From contig JAJCXR010000048.1 in assembly GCA_029263315.1 (NCBI GenBank), positions 265,768 through 329,767 of the forward strand: DNA of 64,000 nucleotides, read 5' to 3'. The stretch comes from Acidobacteriota bacterium (GTDB lineage: Bacteria > Acidobacteriota > Thermoanaerobaculia > Multivoradales > J023). The notes beneath the pieces are model-generated. The model searched no databases, was not told the DNA's origin, and saw only the letters and a program-made list of their open reading frames with translations. Numbering within the stretch: position 1 is the first letter of the stretch; each line of letters begins with the position of its first letter. Shown here one piece after another: positions 58,875-64,000 of this stretch. The translations under genes and the position numbers were made by a program.

Positions 58875-60622
58875 TCAAGTCCCGATGTCGACGCCACGCC
58901 CTTCCAGTTGTAACAGCCCCCGGGAGGCGAGCTCCGACAACGCCTCTTCCAGATCACCCATGCGCAAGGGCTTGCGCAGATGAAGATTCATGCCCACCGC
59001 CAGGCAGGCTTTGCGATCCTCGAGGGAGGCGTTGGCCGTCAACGCCACGATCGGCAAATGTTGGCCCGCCGCCTCCGAGGCACGGATCCGACGGCAGACC
59101 TCCAGACCATCGAAAACCGGTAGCTGGATATCCAGAAGCACAAGGTCGTAATCTTTCTGGGCGACTCGATCCAATGCCTCTTGCCCGTCCTCGGCCATGT
59201 CCCAAGACAAATTCAACCGATCGAGGAAACCGCAGATCACCAGCTGGTTGACCGGATTATCCTCCACCACGAGCACCGAGATGGCAGTCGACGACGAAGC
59301 TACTTGCGGCTCCGCCGGGGCGTCTTTCCCGGTGAGCGAAGGCATCAGCGGAATCGTTTGCTCGGAAACCTCCAACTGCAGCTGGAGGCGAAAGACCGAC
59401 CCTTTGCCGACCTCCGACTCGACGCTGATCTCGCCCCCCATCATGTGGGCCAATTTCCGGCTGATGGCGAGCCCGAGACCGCTTCCCCCGACCTGTCGAT
59501 GCAGCCGAGAGTCCGCTTGCTCGAACTTCTCGAAGATCTGCTCCCGATGGGCCTTGGAGATCCCGATACCGGTATCGATGACCGCCAGGGACACCGCCGC
59601 CCGCCCCAAATGGCCCGGCCCTTCGTTCACCTCGATGCGCACCATGCCGCGCTCGGTGAATTTGATGGCGTTGCCGATCAGATTGAGCAGGATCTGCCGC
59701 AAACGCGTCGAGTCACCCAAGTAGCTACGCCGTTTCCCCTGATGCTCAAAATGCAGCTGCAGATCAAGACCTTTACTATTGGCTCCGGGGTGCAGCAAGT
59801 CGAACACGTCCTCGACTAAACCGCGGAGATCGAAGGCCGTCGACTCCAGGGACAATCTTCCCGCCTCGAGACGGGAAAACTCGAGGACATCGTCGATGAT
59901 CGACAACAGCGCGGTGGCCGAGCGCTGGATCAGATCCACATATTTCCGCTGCTGCGCGTCCAAGGAAGTCAATCGCAGCAGGTCCACCACACCGACGACA
60001 CCGCCCATCGGTGTTCGTAACTCGTGGCTCATGTTGGCCAGCAGCTCGGTCTTGGATTGGGCCAAGGAGCGGGAACGCTCCAGCTCTGACTTCAGCTGTT
60101 CTTGTATCTGGTGCAATCGACGAATCAGTGACAAGTAGAATAGGGGCAAGACCACCAAGCCAGCCAGCAGTCCGCTACCCGCAACAGCGTTGGCGCGCCA
60201 GTAGTCGTTCCACAGCAGCATGGGCAAGAAGTAGGCGACCGCCCCGGCCATCGAAACGATCAGTTGGCGAGCCCCAAAACGCACCCCATTGCCGACGATG
60301 ATCCACAGGTACATGGGGTAGAAGAAGGCCCCCTTGGCTTGCAGGGAGTGCATGAAGAAGGTGTTGATGCCGAGATCCCCGAAGATGATCGCATAGCGCC
60401 GCCACGAATGAGCTCGGGGTTGCTGCTTGACCCAAAAGAACCAGATGATCGACAACGCCGTGTAGGCGAGAAGAGCCCGCACCGTCCATCCGGAAACCGG
60501 GGTGGACAGCGAGGACCAGACGGTGATGTAGAGCAGGGCAAAGATGCAGACCCCGAGCCTAGCCTTGGCCTGGGCCAGCTCCTGCCCGGCTTCCTTGGCC
60601 GATACCTCAGTGTCAGGTTGCA

Positions 60623-60623
<1 letters not shown>
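58875..60623 (-). CDS. hybrid sensor histidine kinase / response regulator (TM sensor, HisKA, HATPase_c, REC)
   Basis: H-box 'MSHELRTP', N/G boxes 'NLIGNAIKF','GGSGLGLAI'; REC 'VLVVEDN...LVLLDIQLP'; aaggaga SD before ATG 60623 overlapping upstream stop. Confidence 0.85.
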
Positions 60624-62607
<1,984 letters not shown>

Positions 62608-62611
<4 letters not shown>

Positions 62612-63639
62612 CGCAGTGGCCGCCGGGTCCACAGGCCATCGACGGCCATGAAACACATAAAGAAGCCGAGCAACAGAGCCGCGACGACGGGCCCATGGGA
62701 ACGGCTGATCTCCACCTCACGACCCTGTAACGGTGCCCCTTCCAGGCGCGCCAGCTCCGCCAACAGACGCTCCAAGCTACCGACATCGATGGCCCGGTCG
62801 TAGCGCCCTTCGGCGGCTTCGGCTATGGCCTTCAGCTGGGCATCGTCGAGCACCGCCATATAGGGCGTGTCGCCACCCAGGGGTTTGCCGTGCCGCATCA
62901 CCGGCACCGGCTGCTCGCTGCCGATGCCCAGGATGTAGGTGCGAATCCCGAGGTCGCGGGCGTAGCGGGCCGCCAACAGGGGATCGCTGCCGGCATTGCT
63001 CTCGCCGTCGGTCATCAAGATCAACGCTTGGTCACGCCCTTCGACCTTGACCTTGCGCAACACCTCCGAGGCCACCAAAAGGGCATCGCCGATCGCCGTG
63101 CCACCGCTCTTGGTGGTGCTGATCGCCTCCACCGTCACCCCCTCGAGAAGCTCCAGCACGGCGTCCCGTTGCAGGGACGGCGGCGCCTGGACATAGGTAT
63201 CTCCCGCGAAGACGACGATGCCGAGACGGTGTTGACCGCTCTGAAAAATGAATTGCCGCGCCAGCTGGCGCAGGACCGCGAGCCGACTGGGGGGGAAGTC
63301 CTCCGCCAACATGCTGAGGGAAACGTCGAGCACCAGGACGAGATCGATGCCCTCTTCTTCCAGCAACTGTAAGCGATCCAAACGGCGGGGCCCGGCCAAA
63401 GCCACCACTAGCAAGGCCACCAGCAGGACATCCATGGCGAGGAGGGAGCGCCACGCCAGCCGACGCCATCGTCCACCGGGACGGGGTGCCCGTTGGAGGG
63501 GGGCGAAGGTCACCCGATCGCGCCTCAAGAGGCGACGGCGCCACAGCCAGTAGGCGGGGAGCAACAGCAACCCCAGCAGCACCCAGGGGCGATCCAGCGG
63601 CCAGGCGCTCACCAAATTCATCCAGGAGGTCGTCACCAA
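62608..63639 (-). CDS. BatA-like vWA-domain membrane protein
   Basis: N-terminal TMs; MIDAS 'LVLDVSLSM', 'LMTDGESN'; C-terminal TM. Confidence 0.75.
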
Positions 63640-64000
63640 CGACGCCCCTGACTGGCCTCGGCGGCCAGCTCACAGGCCCCTTCGAAATCGTCGCGCCCGG
63701 GCGCTCGGCGACCGAACTGCAGCTCCGCCAACAGGGCCATCGCCCGGCTCAATGGAATATCCCCCAGATAGGCGGTGATCTCGCCTTGGGTCCACACCGT
63801 CATCGGCTGGGACTCCGCCTCTTCCCCCCGTTGACGCAACAGGGCCGCCAAGCGATGGCATCCCTCCCGATAGCGCCGGGTGAGCAAGACCTGCTGGCGC
63901 AAGCGTTCGATTTTGTCGGCCAGCTCGCTGCCTAGCGGCAACCGTTTGGGGACCTCTATAGGCGTCACCGGGCGAGGTTTGGGCGCAACCCTCCGCTGTT
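63633..64000 (-). CDS. hypothetical protein, 5' end outside window (first gene of Bat-like operon portion seen here)
   Basis: frame open from 63968 to window end 64000; overlaps BatA-like start. Confidence 0.35.
   Translation of the reverse strand, partial: QRRVAPKPRPVTPIEVPKRLPLGSELADKIERLRQQVLLTRRYREGCHRLAALLRQRGEEAESQPMTVWTQGEITAYLGDIPLSRAMALLAELQFGRRAPGRDDFEGACELAAEASQGRRW

Overview
High-GC (~68%) bacterial chromosomal segment carrying about 50 protein-coding genes, many translationally coupled (ATGA/GTGA overlaps). The gene repertoire has a Myxococcota / delta-proteobacterial flavour. I found no rRNA, tRNA or CRISPR array. The ORF track shows M for GTG/TTG starts, and my coordinates may be off by 1-2 nt. 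Housekeeping genes: gluQ, ettA, rocD, mtaB. Main loci: (i) a gene encoding an N-terminal E1/ThiF-like CxxC domain fused to a flavin-dependent tryptophan-halogenase domain; (ii) a long pspA operon (PspA/IM30, an ABC importer whose substrate-binding protein is fused to an OmpA-like domain, a 2-TM coiled-coil protein, and a classic-clade AAA ATPase); (iii) a collinear minus-strand run of Elp3-like radical-SAM/GNAT, an insertion-bearing beta-ketoacyl synthase, a membrane-protein/GTPase coupled pair and MtaB; (iv) an ECF-sigma / RskA-like anti-sigma / ECF-sigma / degenerate Ser-Thr kinase operon directly upstream of a six-gene translationally coupled cyclopropane/furan-fatty-acid-like cluster (FAD oxidoreductase, DUF1365, two CFA-synthase-like methyltransferases, two small membrane proteins); (v) secreted proteins (M36 metalloprotease, a large two-CxxCH cytochrome-c-like protein, a DsbA-like protein, an LVIVD/FN3 protein, an ankyrin-PQQ propeller) and a BatA/BatB-like vWA operon coupled to a hybrid histidine kinase. 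Unusual non-coding features are several unrelated 13-17 bp tandem-repeat arrays in intergenic regions, a duplicated ~75 bp element carrying a perfect 23-bp palindrome, and a lower-GC 0.5 kb intergenic island ending in a 12-bp perfect hairpin (sRNA candidate). The best candidate for an undescribed system is the PspA (ESCRT-III superfamily) + AAA ATPase operon; the E1-like-halogenase fusion and the Elp3/KAS/GTPase run are the next candidates.
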